Assembly (NCBI GenBank): GCA_051313645.2
Contig: JBNRSN020000003.1
Span: 155,186,001 to 155,250,000, forward strand
Direction: 5' to 3'
Origin: Centroscyllium fabricii
Lineage: Eukaryota
DNA length: 64,000 nucleotides
The notes beneath the pieces were generated by a model. The model searched no databases, was not told where the DNA came from, and worked only from the letters and a program-made list of their open reading frames with translations. A program made the translations under genes and the position numbers. Positions 48,730-60,984 of this stretch are shown piece by piece; position 1 is the stretch's first letter; each line of letters starts with the position of its first letter.

Positions 48730-50175
48730 TTTAATTCATTTTTGACTATGGGTGTCTCGAGCAAGGCTGGCATTTATTGCCCATCCCTAATTGCCCTTGC
48801 AGATGGTGGTGGGCCAACTTCTTGAACCACTGCATTCTGTGTGATGAAGGTACTACCACAGTGCTGTTGAGGAAGATTCCAGATTTTGACCTGGGGATGA
48901 AGAAGGAATGCCAAAACGTGTCCAAATCAAGATGCTGTGTAACTTGGGGGAACTTGGAGGTGGTGGTGTTCCCATCCCATTCCTCGGTGGTAGCGGTCAT
49001 GGGTTTAGGAGGTGCTACGAAAGAAGCCTTGGTGAGTTGCTGCAGTGCATCCTATACATTTTATACACTGCAGCTATGGTGCGCTGGTGGGGAATGGGTT
49101 GTCGATCAATGGGCTGCTTTGCCCTGGATGGTGTGGAGCTTCATGAGTGTTGTTGGAGCTGCATTCATCCAGGCAAGCGGGGAGTATTCCATTATACTCC
49201 TGACTTGTGCCTTGTAGGCAGTGGAGAGGCTTTGGGGAGTCGGGAGGTGAGCCACTCGCTACAGAATACCCAGGTTCTGACGTGCTCTCGTAGCCACAGC
49301 ATTTATGTAGCTGGTCCATTTAAGTTTCTGGTCAGTGGTGACGCCAGGATGTTGATGGTAATGCCATCGAATCTCATGGGGAAGTGATTGGGCTCTTTGT
49401 TGTAGTTGGCCATTGCCTGGCACTTGTGTGGCAAAAATGTTACTTAACAGCCCAAATGTTGTCCAGATCTTTCTGCATGTGGGCATGGGCTTCTTCATTA
49501 TCTGAGGAATTGTGAATGGAACTAAACACTGCAATCATCAGCGAATATCCCCACTTCTGAAAGAAAGACTTGCATTTATATTGTGCCTTTCACGATCTCG
49601 ACACACCAAAGCGCTTTACAGCCAATGAAACACTTGAAGTGTAGTCCCTCACATCATTCTTTAGTGATGTTGATTGCGGGATCAATAGTGCCATGTTATA
49701 TCTGACCTTATGATGGAGGGCAGGTCATTGATGAAGCAGCTGAAAATAGTTGGGCCTCTGATGCTGTTCTGGGACTGAGGTGATTGACCTTCAACAACCA
49801 CAACTATCTTCCTTTATGCGAGGTATAATTCCAGCCACTGGAGAGTTTTTCCCCTGATCCTATTGACTTCAGTTTTACCAGGTCTCCATGTTGCTACACT
49901 TGGTCGAACGCTGCCTTGATGTTGAGGACAGTCACTCTCCTCACCTCTGGAATGCAATGCTTTTTTTCATGTTTGGACCAAGGCTGCAATGAGACCTGGA
50001 GCCAAGTGGTCCTGGTGCAACCCAAACTGAGTAAGTGCCACTTGATAGCACTGTTGATGACTCCTTCCATTACTTTTCTGATGATTGAGTAGGCTGATGG
50101 GACAGTAATTAGCTGGTTTGTATTTGTTCTGATCTTTGTGGACAGTACATGCCAAGGCAATTTTCCACATTATCA
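48730..50175 (-). mobile_element. Same LINE family as 46598-47940, opposite orientation
   Basis: NYCPISLL, KVMEGVINSAIK, NIKAAFDQV on the minus strand; DeuSINE tail inserted at ~49560-49700. Confidence 0.85.
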
Positions 50176-51157
50176 GGTAGATGTCGGTCTGTCCACATTT
50201 GTGAGCTGGCACTAGAAAAATGGCCATGAAAGGTGCTGGATTACTGCTTCACCAACGTCTTACAGGGAATAGATGTGCCAGCTTGGTTTGGCCTACATGT
50301 GACTCCAGACCCTCACTTCATGGTTGACTCTTGAGGCCCTTAGAGCAGCTAAGAATGTGCAGTAAATGCAGTCTTGCCAGAGTTGCCCACATCCTGTGAC
50401 CAAATTGGCAGGGGGTGGTGTGCAGGTCATGGGGCTATGGAGCACATTCTCAGACAGTACTCAATTTCCTCTTGATAGATCGGTTTTTAATCCTGATCTG
50501 TTTCCAGTAGAGTAGAATCCGTTTGTAGTGATCACATAGATGTAGCGTTGAATCCAAGATCTGAGAGGCAATGGTTTACATAGAATGCAAATGCATCTTA
50601 AAATGACATCAAGATATTGAAGTATGAAGCATTTGGGGAATGGGGAAGATAATGATTTGAGCTCTTGGTTTACACCGTAGAGTATTCTATTTTAAAAGTT
50701 AACATTCGATTTGGGTCATTAAATGTGTAAATGGATTATGTTGCCCTGTCCATTGAACTTCTGAGTTGAAGTGAGAGTTTGTCGGTGATGGAGGGAGCAG
50801 GCAAGAACCTAATGGCAGCACCACAGTCATTGTGTATGAACTCGGAGCTGCATTGAAACAGACTATTCATTCCTAGCGTTATCAGCTTTACTCAATGCTA
50901 GCACTACTCCGTGCTAGCACTCTCACTTGAGTCTGAAGGTTGTGGGTTCAAGCTCCACTCCAGGACTTGAGCACATAATCTAGGCTGAAACTTGAGTGTT
51001 ATGCTGAGGGAGTGCTGCATTTTCAGAAGTGCTGGCATTAAACAGTACATTGTGTTGGATGAACATTATAAAGGTCCCATGGCACTATTTGAAGAGAAAC
51101 AAGAATTTTCTTGGTATCTTCACCAACCTTTATCATTCAAACAACACCCCAAACAGA

Positions 51158-51303
51158 TTGCTGAAAGCACTCGGCAGGCTTCTGACGAAGGGTCACAGAC
51201 CGGAAACGTTAACTCTGTTTCTCTCGCCACGGATGCTGCCTGACCTGCTGAGTATTTCCAGCATTTTCTGTTTTCAGATTTCCAACATCCGTAGTATTTT
51301 GCT
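51158..51303 (+). mobile_element. Penelope-like fragment (second family) with degenerate hammerhead and short inverted 5' extension
   Basis: CTGACGAAGGGTCACAGACCGGAAACGTT; 51158-51178 is the approximate reverse complement of 51244-51263. Related decayed pieces at ~21780-21840, ~22760-22925 and ~56525-56715. Confidence 0.65.
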
Positions 51304-51767
51304 ATTGCACCTCAAACATGTTGCCGTCTGTGGACCTTGCTGTTTGCAAACTAGCTGAGCTTGCCTACATGACTGTGTGCTTCAAAACTAATTCATTGGC
51401 TGTAAAGTACTTTGAGATCTCGTGACAATTTTTTTTCCCTTTTTATATCGGAGCAGTAAGAACCAAAAATAGCTTTAATAGATTTTAAGGTAACGAACAA
51501 TCAGAAAATTGGCAGACTTATTTTATGCTTTTGAGAAAATGTAATCTGGTAACTTGACAGAAGTTGCCTTTTTATACAACACTAAATTTCGGATATCATG
51601 GGCTAGTTTGACCAAATTCTGCTTTTTCTTGATGCGCATGAGCTGTATCTCTCCTCTTCCCCTCCATTCTAGCCCCTAAAGCAGATAAATCTCTGTCGAC
51701 ATCTACTGTGTTTAAATAAGGCTACATGACTCATTTTGTACATCTAAAGTGATGTTTGGCTGAGGCT

Positions 51768-51838
51768 TTATGACCAGGATATTGAGGCTAAAGCAGGAAT
51801 CATTATGACCAGGATATTGAGGCTAAAGCAGGAATCAT
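51768..51838. repeat. Perfect 35-bp tandem duplication
   Basis: TTATGACCAGGATATTGAGGCTAAAGCAGGAATCA twice. Confidence 0.9.
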
Positions 51839-52649
51839 TTTTTACAAATCGAAGTACCTATGAGAATATCTTGTATGTTCCTAAATAGTTTGACATTAAA
51901 GAGGATTGTGAAACTTTTAGCCGCAGACTTGCACAGTATCTGTAACCACAAATCTCTTATGGTAATCTGTTCACACGTCACAAGGGATCATCTTCTTAAC
52001 TTGTATTCTGCTACATTTTTTTTATTTGCCAAACTTACAATCGTTGTATTCATCACAACGTCGTATCCCATTTAAATATACATGTAAGCAAGCATGATTT
52101 AACATGTGATGATCATAAAATATAAAGCATGTATTCTCCAGCAGCCTGGCCAAATTTTACCCCGCTAGCAATTCCACTATTTATCTGATTGTGAGACCTT
52201 GTGCACAAATTGGCTGCAGTGCTTCCCAACATAACCATGACTGCACTTTAAAAGTAATTCATTGGCTGTGAGCACTTTTGGGATCTCTTGAAGATATGAG
52301 AAGTGCTATATAAGTGCAAGTGCATGTCTTTTTAAAATAAAAAATTAATTGGCCCAGAATTTGCAGGTGTAAAGACAGCAAAACTGTTGGCGTTCACCGC
52401 CTTTACAACTGTGAATCTGACCACAACTTCTGGAGTATGCATAGGTTCAGTTAAACACTGAAATCCAGAAGCTTCTGCCGGCTCCGGGGAGCAGGGAATG
52501 ACTAACAATCAATTGAAATCACTGAACTGACGAAAACTTCCCTTTTACACTAATCACTGTTAAAACCCCCGAAGTTAAGCTTTGTTGAAAGAGGTTTAAC
52601 TGGGTTTTTAATGGCATACCGAGTCATAATTACTGCTGTACAACTTTTC

Positions 52650-55490
52650 TGGTGCAAGATGGCTGCTGCTAGGCTGGCTGTTCCATAGGGAGCTCCTCAT
52701 TGCTTCACCTATAGCCATGGGAATCTGCTGCCATCCTTTGCTCTCCGGCTCTCTCTCTCGCTCTCTCCCAAATTTCCTCGCTGCAAAACTGTACAAGTTC
52801 CCCATGCTCCATTAGTTGGTGCATGTTCGCTCTAACTACAAGTTAACTGCTATGTTAAACTGCCATTCCCCCATCCTTATGTCCGCACTCTGTTTCTGTT
52901 GAGCTGCTCTTCTCAAATTTGGTTTCTGAATTCCTGGACTTCTCTGGACATCGAGACTACGCTCTTGTATTGGATTACACCGTAAGACTCCTCTGCTGTT
53001 GTTGATTCTGCCGCTAAAAATTTTGAAAGTAACTTTGCCTTCCCCCCCCCAAGCTGATGATGTTTCTCTGCTGAACTGGGAGAGTCATTCTACGGTTTTT
53101 CAGCTTTGATGGCTTGTGGGTTATGTTTCTCCGTCGCTTCTGATCTACGGTGATCTCCAGCTTTGCGGCAACTTTGCCGTCCTCTTTCTGCACCGCAACC
53201 AATCTGCACATCTCTCGGTTACCCCATCCTCCAATTCTGTACCCTTCAAATAGCTTCTGGATTTCACTCTCCCACTACACCTGTCTCTAAACTTGGACAA
53301 CAGTTCATCAATACTCCACCCTACCTACGTCAACTTTATCCCTCCAAGGGACCTCTGATTTTAACTCTGGACTCCCTCCTTTGTCTTCTACTTATTCCTT
53401 GTTACTACCAAGAAATATGCATCCCAAAAATTGCTATCTAACCAGGCCTATGTAATTTGAGTTTTCCCTGTGTCTATTCACGTGCGCATTTTGGCTGCTG
53501 CTCCAGACCCGAACCGATCACTTCTATTTCCATTGATTTCTCCCCCTTTTTTCTTTTCTCTCTATGCCCGCTTGACCGCACTCCCCTGTCATCATGCCTG
53601 CTTTCATCTCTCCTCTCTGGTACTTTGCCCTCCCAAATCCCTACCCCAACCCTTCATTACTCTTCGATCTTCCTACTCTCCTGCTGCCGTCCCAGGCTTG
53701 ACTCCCTCTTGGATAAGCCTACAGCTTCTCTCTTGGCATCCTCCAAAGGGCCCATCGAGACACTCATCGCTGCCTCCTCATTAGCAGCAACCCCTTGCCA
53801 ATCTCCACCCCGTTTCCGTGCCCCCCCCCCCCCTCCCCCCAGTGCTGATCCTGTGGACTCTGGCAGTGTATCAGCCATCACTGACCCCCTCCACATCTCC
53901 CTCCAGAATGTCCATTCACTTGTGAACAAGGCCCTTACCATCCATGAGCTTATTGTGGATGATTGCATCGACATCATGGCCCTGACAACCTGGCTGAGGG
54001 GTGATGTCTCCTTGCCCCTAAATGAAGCCTCCCCACCTGGCTATACCTTCCAGTACATGCCCTGCCCAGACCGCCGTGGTGGCAGTGTGGCTCTCGTCAC
54101 CAAACTTAGTGTGTCCTCCTACTCTTGTCACATTCTCCTCTTTTGAGCATCTTGCCTTGTTCCACGCCTCTCATTTTAAATTTTCGTTCTCTAACCCACC
54201 CAAGTACCATAAAAATGTTATCACCGAGATATTTTCACTGCTTTCCTCCCTCAGTCTCTGCACCGAGCGACTTCTCCTCGGTGATTTGAACTTCTATCTG
54301 AATTCAGCATGCGCTCTCTCTCCTCCTGAGTTCAATATCCTCCCTTAATCTCTCCCAACATGTAAACTCCCAACCCATATTCACGGCCACCCCCTTGATC
54401 TTGCTATCTCTCGTGGCCTCGCTCCTCCCATCATGTCAATTGCAGCCACCATAAACCCCGTTCCCTAGTCACCAACTCATCCCTCTTCCTAGCATCTGTC
54501 TGAGGCTGAACCAGACTGTTCGCAACCTTGGTGCCATATTTGACCCTGAAATTAAGCTATTAACATAGAAACATAGAAGATAGGAGCAGGAGTAGGCCAT
54601 TCGGCCCTTCGAGCCTGCTCCGCCATTCAATGAGATCATGGCTGATCATCCAAACCCAGCACCCTGTCCCTGCCTTGTCCCAATATCCCTCGATCCCGCA
54701 CCGACACATATCCCACCCTATCCCCGTAACCTCACATATTCAATCCCCCTAACACTAAGGGTCAATTCGTGGCCAATCAACCTAACCCGCACATTTTTGG
54801 ACTGTGGGAGGAAACCGGAGCACCCGGAGGAAACCCACGCAGACACGGGGAGAATGTGCAAACTCCACACAGATAGTACCCGAGGCTGGATTTGAACCCG
54901 GGTCTCCAGTGCTGTAAGACAACAGTGCTAACCACTATGCCACCGTGCCGCCCACATCCACGCCATAACTAGGACCGCTTATTTCCACCCCCATAACTTC
55001 GCTCATCTCCGTGCCTGCCTCAACTCATCTGCTGCTGAAACCCTCATCCATGTCTTATTACCTCTAGACTTGACCATTCCTATATACTCCTGGTTGGCCG
55101 TCCATGTTCTACCCTGCGTAAACTTGAGGTCATCTGAAACTCTGCTGCCCGTGTCCTAATGTGCACCAAGTGCTATTCACCCATCACCCTTGTGCTCGCT
55201 GACCTACATTGGCTCTTGGTTAAGCAACAACTCTATTTTTAAAACTCTCATCCTTGTTTTCAAATCCCTCCATGGCCTCGCCCCTCGCTATCTCTAATCT
55301 TCTCCAGCTCCACAACCCCCAGAGATATCTGCACTCTCTAATTCTGGTCTCTTGCGCATCCCTGATTTTAATCATTCAACCATTGGTGACCGTGCCTTCA
55401 GCTGCCTCGGCCCAAAGCTCTGGAATTCCCTCCCTAAACCTCTCCGCCTTTCTACCCCTCTTTTGACCAAGCTTTTGCCGATCTGCCCTA
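52650..55490 (+). mobile_element. L2 LINE, internally deleted
   Basis: APE N-terminus LQNVHSLVNKA..I..LI....DIMALT.TWL (53890-54100) and ORF2 C-terminus (AETLIH...SRLD...). 5' boundary approximate. Confidence 0.75.
54562..54953 (-). mobile_element. HE1/V-SINE-type SINE (tail type B)
   Basis: Reverse complement of the 26021/30431 copies; inserted in an L2 element. Confidence 0.88.
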
Positions 55491-57489
55491 ATTGCTCCAT
55501 TATTTTTAACTAACTTTTTAAAAAGTTTGTTTGATATTTCCGCTTCTACCTTTTTTTAATCCCATGTGTATATCTCAATCTTTATTTTATGCTCCGTAAA
55601 TTGATTAAAAAGTGAAGGAAAATCAGCGCATTTTACTTCCTGGTTTGCTATCTTAGAATTCTTCAATGTGGTTGGCTGCTTGATGACATCGATGTTGTTG
55701 GATGCTGGATCGATGTTGCTGGATGCTGGCGATCCCATAGACTTGGCATTCGATTCAAATGAATGCCACACTCATCACTAGATCTTTTTGTGGGAAGCTT
55801 TCTTCGAGCTCAGCGGCGAATGCCATTACTTCACCGCTCACCGCAAAATCCAAACCATTATGTTTGGCTCGTTCAAGGACGTTCATTAAAACATTTTTTC
55901 CTCTCTGCTTTCTGACCTCTTCTGAATACAGCAACTGCTCTTGGGGAGATAGTTCTGTTGGTACTAGTACTTTGTTCAAGTGGCCAGTATTTTTACAAGT
56001 GCTCAGATAGTTGGTGGTAGGTTATTTCACCGTAGGGATGGCATCTCCGTTAAACCTGATTTCTGTCCTCGCCTGACATCTGTACGCTTTCATCAGGCAT
56101 CACTGGATATTGATCAGGAGTAGGAACTCTACCTTTCTCTCACCCAGTCCAGAGTCACTGAAGCAAATTGTACTGCCTCTACCACTTCCACAACCAAGAT
56201 CATCAACTGGGTACTGATCAATAATCAAACATCAGCCTTGTATTCTACTTGTGCCAAATCAGAAGTTATACTACTGATGTCAAGTCAGTAACTTTTTTTT
56301 CATAAACCGCTTTTGCTTCAATAACTCTGGCTGATGACTATGGCCCAAAGTCAAGTGATATCATTGTTTAAATTTAAAAGAAAGCTGTTCTCTCCCTGCA
56401 TTAGAATTATGAGTAGGACTATTAAGCTACCGCTTGTATTGGCATAACCAATTTTTGTTAAACTATCTGTTAATGTGGGTTAGGCATGAAGTTCATTTTC
56501 AATGAGCATTATGATAGTTGAACAAAAATTGAAAGTGCTAGAAATACACATTAGGCCAATCCATATCTATCTAGAGAGAAAAGAATGGTTAACGTTTTGG
56601 GTATAACCCTTTGATGGAAGTGGGTTCTGATGAGGGATTTTATCCAAAACATTAACATGTTGTTTCTGTGTATTTTCGTGTTTTGTTTGATTCCCAACAC
56701 TTAAAGTTTTTCTTGCAAGGTAACGTTAAAATACAAAAATATGTAGAATCTGGCCTTGCATTGTGTTTCAATTAAAAACAGCAGTGGCTCAGTCAGTAGC
56801 ACTCTCCTGAGTCGGTAAGTTGTGCGTTTGAGCCCTGCTCCAGAGACTTGAGTGCATAATCTTGGCTGATACTTCAGTGCAGCTGTGCTGTCGGATGAGA
56901 TGTTAAACTAAGGCCCCAGTCTGCCCTCTCAAGAGGACTTAAAAGGTCATAAAAAGCACTTTTTTCTTTCTTTCTAATTGAGAAACTTGCCAGATAGCTA
57001 CAATACTACACATTTAAAGTCAGTGCTGTGGGAATAAAGGAGCTATGTGGGGGTGTGGGTGAAGTTCGGAGTGGGGTATCCCAGCCCCCTGTGTTGGTGC
57101 CACAGTTTTGGGTTTACATCAGTGACTTGAATTCAGAAACTCAATACAGATTAATCAGATTTGCAGATGATACCACACCAGGGAGGGAGAGTGAAATCAT
57201 GAGGCAGCTCAGACTACAGAATGAGTTGGGCAAAATATGTATGTGGACAGAACAATAGCAGAAAGTACTGTACACAAAGAAAAAAACGGGCAACCTGCAT
57301 ATTCCATGAATGGTGTTTAATTGCTAAGGAAGAAGTTGAGGGGATAAAAAACCAAGGAAGTCTTGGTAGACTTGATGCTAAACATGCCCAATCAGTGCAG
57401 AGGAGCAATCAACAAAGCCAATAGAATGTTGACCTACATAGCCAAAACAGAAACTTAGTCCAAGGAAGTAATGCTCAAACTGTATAGTA

Positions 57490-58318
57490 CAGGTTGAAGT
57501 TCGTTAATCCGGCACCCGAAAAACCAGCAACTTCCAACGTCGGCAATAATTTCCCCCGACTGCCCTGCGCATGCGCAAAGTGGCCACCACGATCGATGCT
57601 TCGGTGAATGATCTGCGCATGCGCCGCTGAATGGTGAGCGCATGTGCAGATCATTCACAATGGCCAAGCCGAGCCTGGCCTCTGCGAGCCTCCCCGAGCC
57701 TGGCCTCTGCGAGCCTCCCCGAGCCTGGCCTCTGCGAGCCTCCCCGAGCCTGGCCTCTGCGAGCCTCCCCGAGCCTGGCCTCTGCGAGCCTCCCCGAGCC
57801 TGGCCTCTGCGAGCCTCCCCGAGCCTGGCCTCTGCGAGCCTCCCCGAGCCTGGCCTCTGCGAGCCTCCCCGAGCCTGGCCTCTGCGAGCCTCCCCGAGCC
57901 TGGCCTCTGCGAGCCTCCCCGAGCCTGGCCTCTGCGAGCCTCCCCGAGCCTGGCCTCTGCGAGCCTCCCCGAGCCGGGCCTCTGCGAGCCTCCCCGAGCC
58001 GGGCCTCTGCGAGCCTCCCCGAGCCGGGCCTCTGCGAGCCTCCCCGAGCCGGGCCTCTGCGAGCCTCCCCGAGCCGCGAGCTGAGCCTGGCCGCTGCGAG
58101 CCTCCCTGAGCCGAGCCTGGCCGCTGCGAGCCTCCCTGAGCCGGGTGTCCCCGAACGATCAGCGCATGCGCAGACCACTCAAAATGGCCGCCGGCCTTTT
58201 GCGGCAGCCATTTTGAATGGTCTGCGCATGCGCTCGCCGAAACTTCAATCGTTCGGGATTTTCACTTGTCCGGTACGGGCCTGGTCCCGCCCGTGCCGGA
58301 TTAACGAACTTCAACCTG
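57490..58318. mobile_element. pogo/Tigger-type MITE with internal minisatellite, inserted in an old CR1 fragment (~57030-58365)
   Basis: Perfect 26-bp TIRs CAGGTTGAAGTTCGTTAATCCGGCAC, TA duplication. Confidence 0.92.
57671..58070. repeat. 25-bp minisatellite x16
   Basis: GAGCC(T/G)GGCCTCTGCGAGCCTCCCC; 12 T-type units, then 4 G-type units, then two diverged ~30-bp units. Confidence 0.95.
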
Positions 58319-58705
58319 TATTCTGGTCCGACTACACCTGGAGAACTGTGTCCAGTTCTGGTTGCAATGTTCCATTTTAAGAATAATTAACTAAACCACT
58401 AATGCAGAATTTCTAGAAAATATTACATCTTGAAAATACTGAAACTAGCACCATGTGATGATCGTGCAATTCTACATTTTCAAAGACTTTGTTTTTGGTT
58501 CAAAATTCAAAAGAGAACTTCCGTCCAGTTTGGTTTAATTGTGTTGGCATTGACCAGGAAGCCTGAGTTTTTCTCGAATATTTCACACTTCACTATCTTG
58601 CTTAATTCACTATGTTGTAACATATAATTCTTTGTTCACTGCATATTTGACCACTGAATGCTGAGATTTGTTTTGCCACTAATCAATTGTCGTCTTCTTA
58701 TCCAG

Positions 58706-58768
58706 ACAGAAATAGCGAAAAGGCTGAATACGATTTGTGCACAAGTGATTCCCTTTCTGTCTCAGGAA
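58706..58768 (+). CDS. TLE1: TLE1 coding exon 5 (TEIAKRLNTICAQVIPFLSQE)
   Basis: TCCAG acceptor, 63 nt, donor GTAAGT; continues the Q domain after a 36-kb intron. Confidence 0.97.
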
Positions 58769-59282
58769 GTAAGTGAACTCATTGGACTGTTCAGCTGTTG
58801 AAGTGCAATTGTGTTCAGTGTTTGTAGATTCGATGGTTCTCCGCACTGATGAATGTTGTGAATAGTTGTTACTGTTTTGCGGCGGGGTGTTTAAACTACT
58901 TAGTTCTAATATAACAAGAGGCGAGTACTATAGTGCACACCCTAATCCACAGCAGAAAACGGAGTATGCTGCAGCAGATTTTAGGTATTCTCACTGCTTG
59001 TCTTGGTTTTAATTGTGTTTTCCCCATAGCTGTCCAAATATTACATTTCACGTTTTTTTTTGGTTTATAAACACTTCTGCAAGGAAATATGATTTTTCTC
59101 CGATCCTTGTCCATGCCCCATAAAGAACTGTTGTCAAAAACTTTTTGTTTTCCCATGAATTGTCAGACTGCAACATAAATTCTAAACAGTCTGACTTTCC
59201 CTCCTCCTATTCCTTTACTCTTCTGCCCACACCCCCGACCCCACATGCGGGTGACTAAGTTTGTAAGTGCATTCTCTTGGTG

Positions 59283-59600
59283 TGGCACTGAGTACACAGA
59301 CCAGGAAGATCCCAGCTTTGATTCCTGGTCTGTGTTGAATTACTTGATCTCAACCAGGGTAGTGGTACAGTGCTACAATAGCCCTCAACGCTCTTGGGCT
59401 CGGTGATGGGGTGTTTGGTGGGAAGTGGCGAGAAAGAGACTGATGGTTTTGCTGCTGATCACCATCCTGACTCCTGCTGGAAGTGTGTGTGTGTATGCGT
59501 GTGGTGATTTTAAATGAGGGCATGATCTGGTTCCATTAGGATGCCTGTTTACACTTATTGTTGAGGCTCACGCAGACAGAATGGGCATTTTGGTGAGGTC
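59283..59600 (+). mobile_element. Old SINE-like repeat (unnamed family)
   Basis: Similar to ~37010-37164 plus ~40240-40330 and to minus-strand copies at 2540-2793/10031-10170 and ~55990-56220. Confidence 0.5.
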
Positions 59601-59831
59601 CTTTTTCTTGCCTCTGCCACGGTACTGCATGCTGGTGCTTTTCATGTGCGGCACTGCATAACCTTGAATTTTGTTTCTTGTAAATGTTTTGATCTACGCA
59701 TTTTGACGTTGGTCCACCTGCAGTACAATGATAAATGAAGCAAACTTCATATATTTCAGTTTTTTAAATGCAGCAGGATTTAGTTATGAAGATTAGTGAT
59801 TTAACATAAGAATCTTCTTTCTGTGAACGAG

Positions 59832-59936
59832 CATCAACAACAGGTGGCACAGGCTGTGGAACGTGCAAAGCAAGTGACTATGGCAGAGTTGAACGGCATC
59901 ATCGGGGTACGTGGGCTTCCCAGTCTGCCTCTTACA
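59832..59936 (+). CDS. TLE1: TLE1 coding exon 6 ([25 protein letters not shown], optional [10 protein letters not shown] extension)
   Basis: Q-domain peptide. Two in-frame donors: after 59906 (GTACGT) and after 59936 (GTGTGT). Acceptor is GAG. Confidence 0.93.
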
Positions 59937-60984
59937 GTGTGTATACCCATCTTATTCACTTTTTATTTGTATATTTTTGATTGTTGGTGCTTTAGGGTAC
60001 TATGCTTTATGTACTTCAGAACAATTTTAAATCTTCAATCCTTAGTGTTCAGACTCAGTACATAACAGAATTTTCTCCTAGATGCTATCTAAATACAGAA
60101 AGGTGTATGGAAATCTGTGATTGAACATCAGCATGTGTATTTCCTAATGGCCTGTCAAATTTAGCCAGACAATATTCTTGTTGTCCAGGTCATTTTCTTG
60201 GGTCTCTACTGTATTCGTCTAACTGCAGCATTGTCTCCAGATTGTCAGTCACACAGTTTTTGTTAAATGAGCCACGTATACTATTCTGAGTCGAGTGAGT
60301 GCTGGTGCTTCTGCTGTCTACCCCCTTCCCTCCTTAACAATATATTAGCAATCAGAAATGAGTGTTCAAAATCTTGATGTTTTCTGTCTTGCTGAAACAA
60401 TCCACTGTCGTAGAGGTTGTCCTCTCTTAATTTTATTCATACATGAGAGGATTTGGCAAATTCAAATTACTCATTTATCAATTTATGTTAATTGCTCGTG
60501 TGAAGATGCCCTGCTGATTTTTATAGTTCTCTGAGACACTTTGTAATGATAATTAGACATGCCGCTGTAAGGATTAACACTGGCAAAGACCAGTGACGTC
60601 TTTAGACAAAGAGACCAGTTAATCCATCTGTGCTCAAAATTACATCCCAACTGGAGATTGAAAAATAAAAGCTGTGGATTAGTGCTGATAAAAGAATTGG
60701 ACACAGCTTGAAAACTTTTCTTTCATCAGTTTCTCAATTGCAGATCTACAGTCAATGTGCCTTTGGTAAACTATTGGCAGTTAATTAGGTGAAATAAACT
60801 GGTAGGGTGACCTTCATTTTTCTTATGATTTTTGTCTCCATCAGTGACATTTAAGAATACATTTTTCATGCAGTTTTACATGTATGTGATTATTAAGCCT
60901 TGCATAAAGGTACATCTCCACACACATTCTCATTCATTTCCTTTCTGTCTCCCCCTACATTCTAACCCTTCTCTTTCCTCTCCC

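Larger units (their letters stand above)
52351..55856. mobile_element. Harbinger-type non-autonomous element split by an L2 LINE
   Basis: Degenerate TIRs GGCCCAGAATTTGC / GCAAAATCCAAACC with ATT on both sides. Confidence 0.45.

Noticed and set aside
57631-58380. Repeat array resembling CRISPR, and long ORFs across it
   Set aside because: Units are contiguous with no unique spacers, the context is eukaryotic with no cas genes, and the ORFs arise because the 25-bp unit lacks stop codons.
20834-59936. Assignment to TLE3, TLE4 or TLE5/AES
   Set aside because: Diagnostic residues MFPQSRHPTPHQAA and [11 protein letters not shown] match TLE1; a phylogeny with the full protein would confirm.
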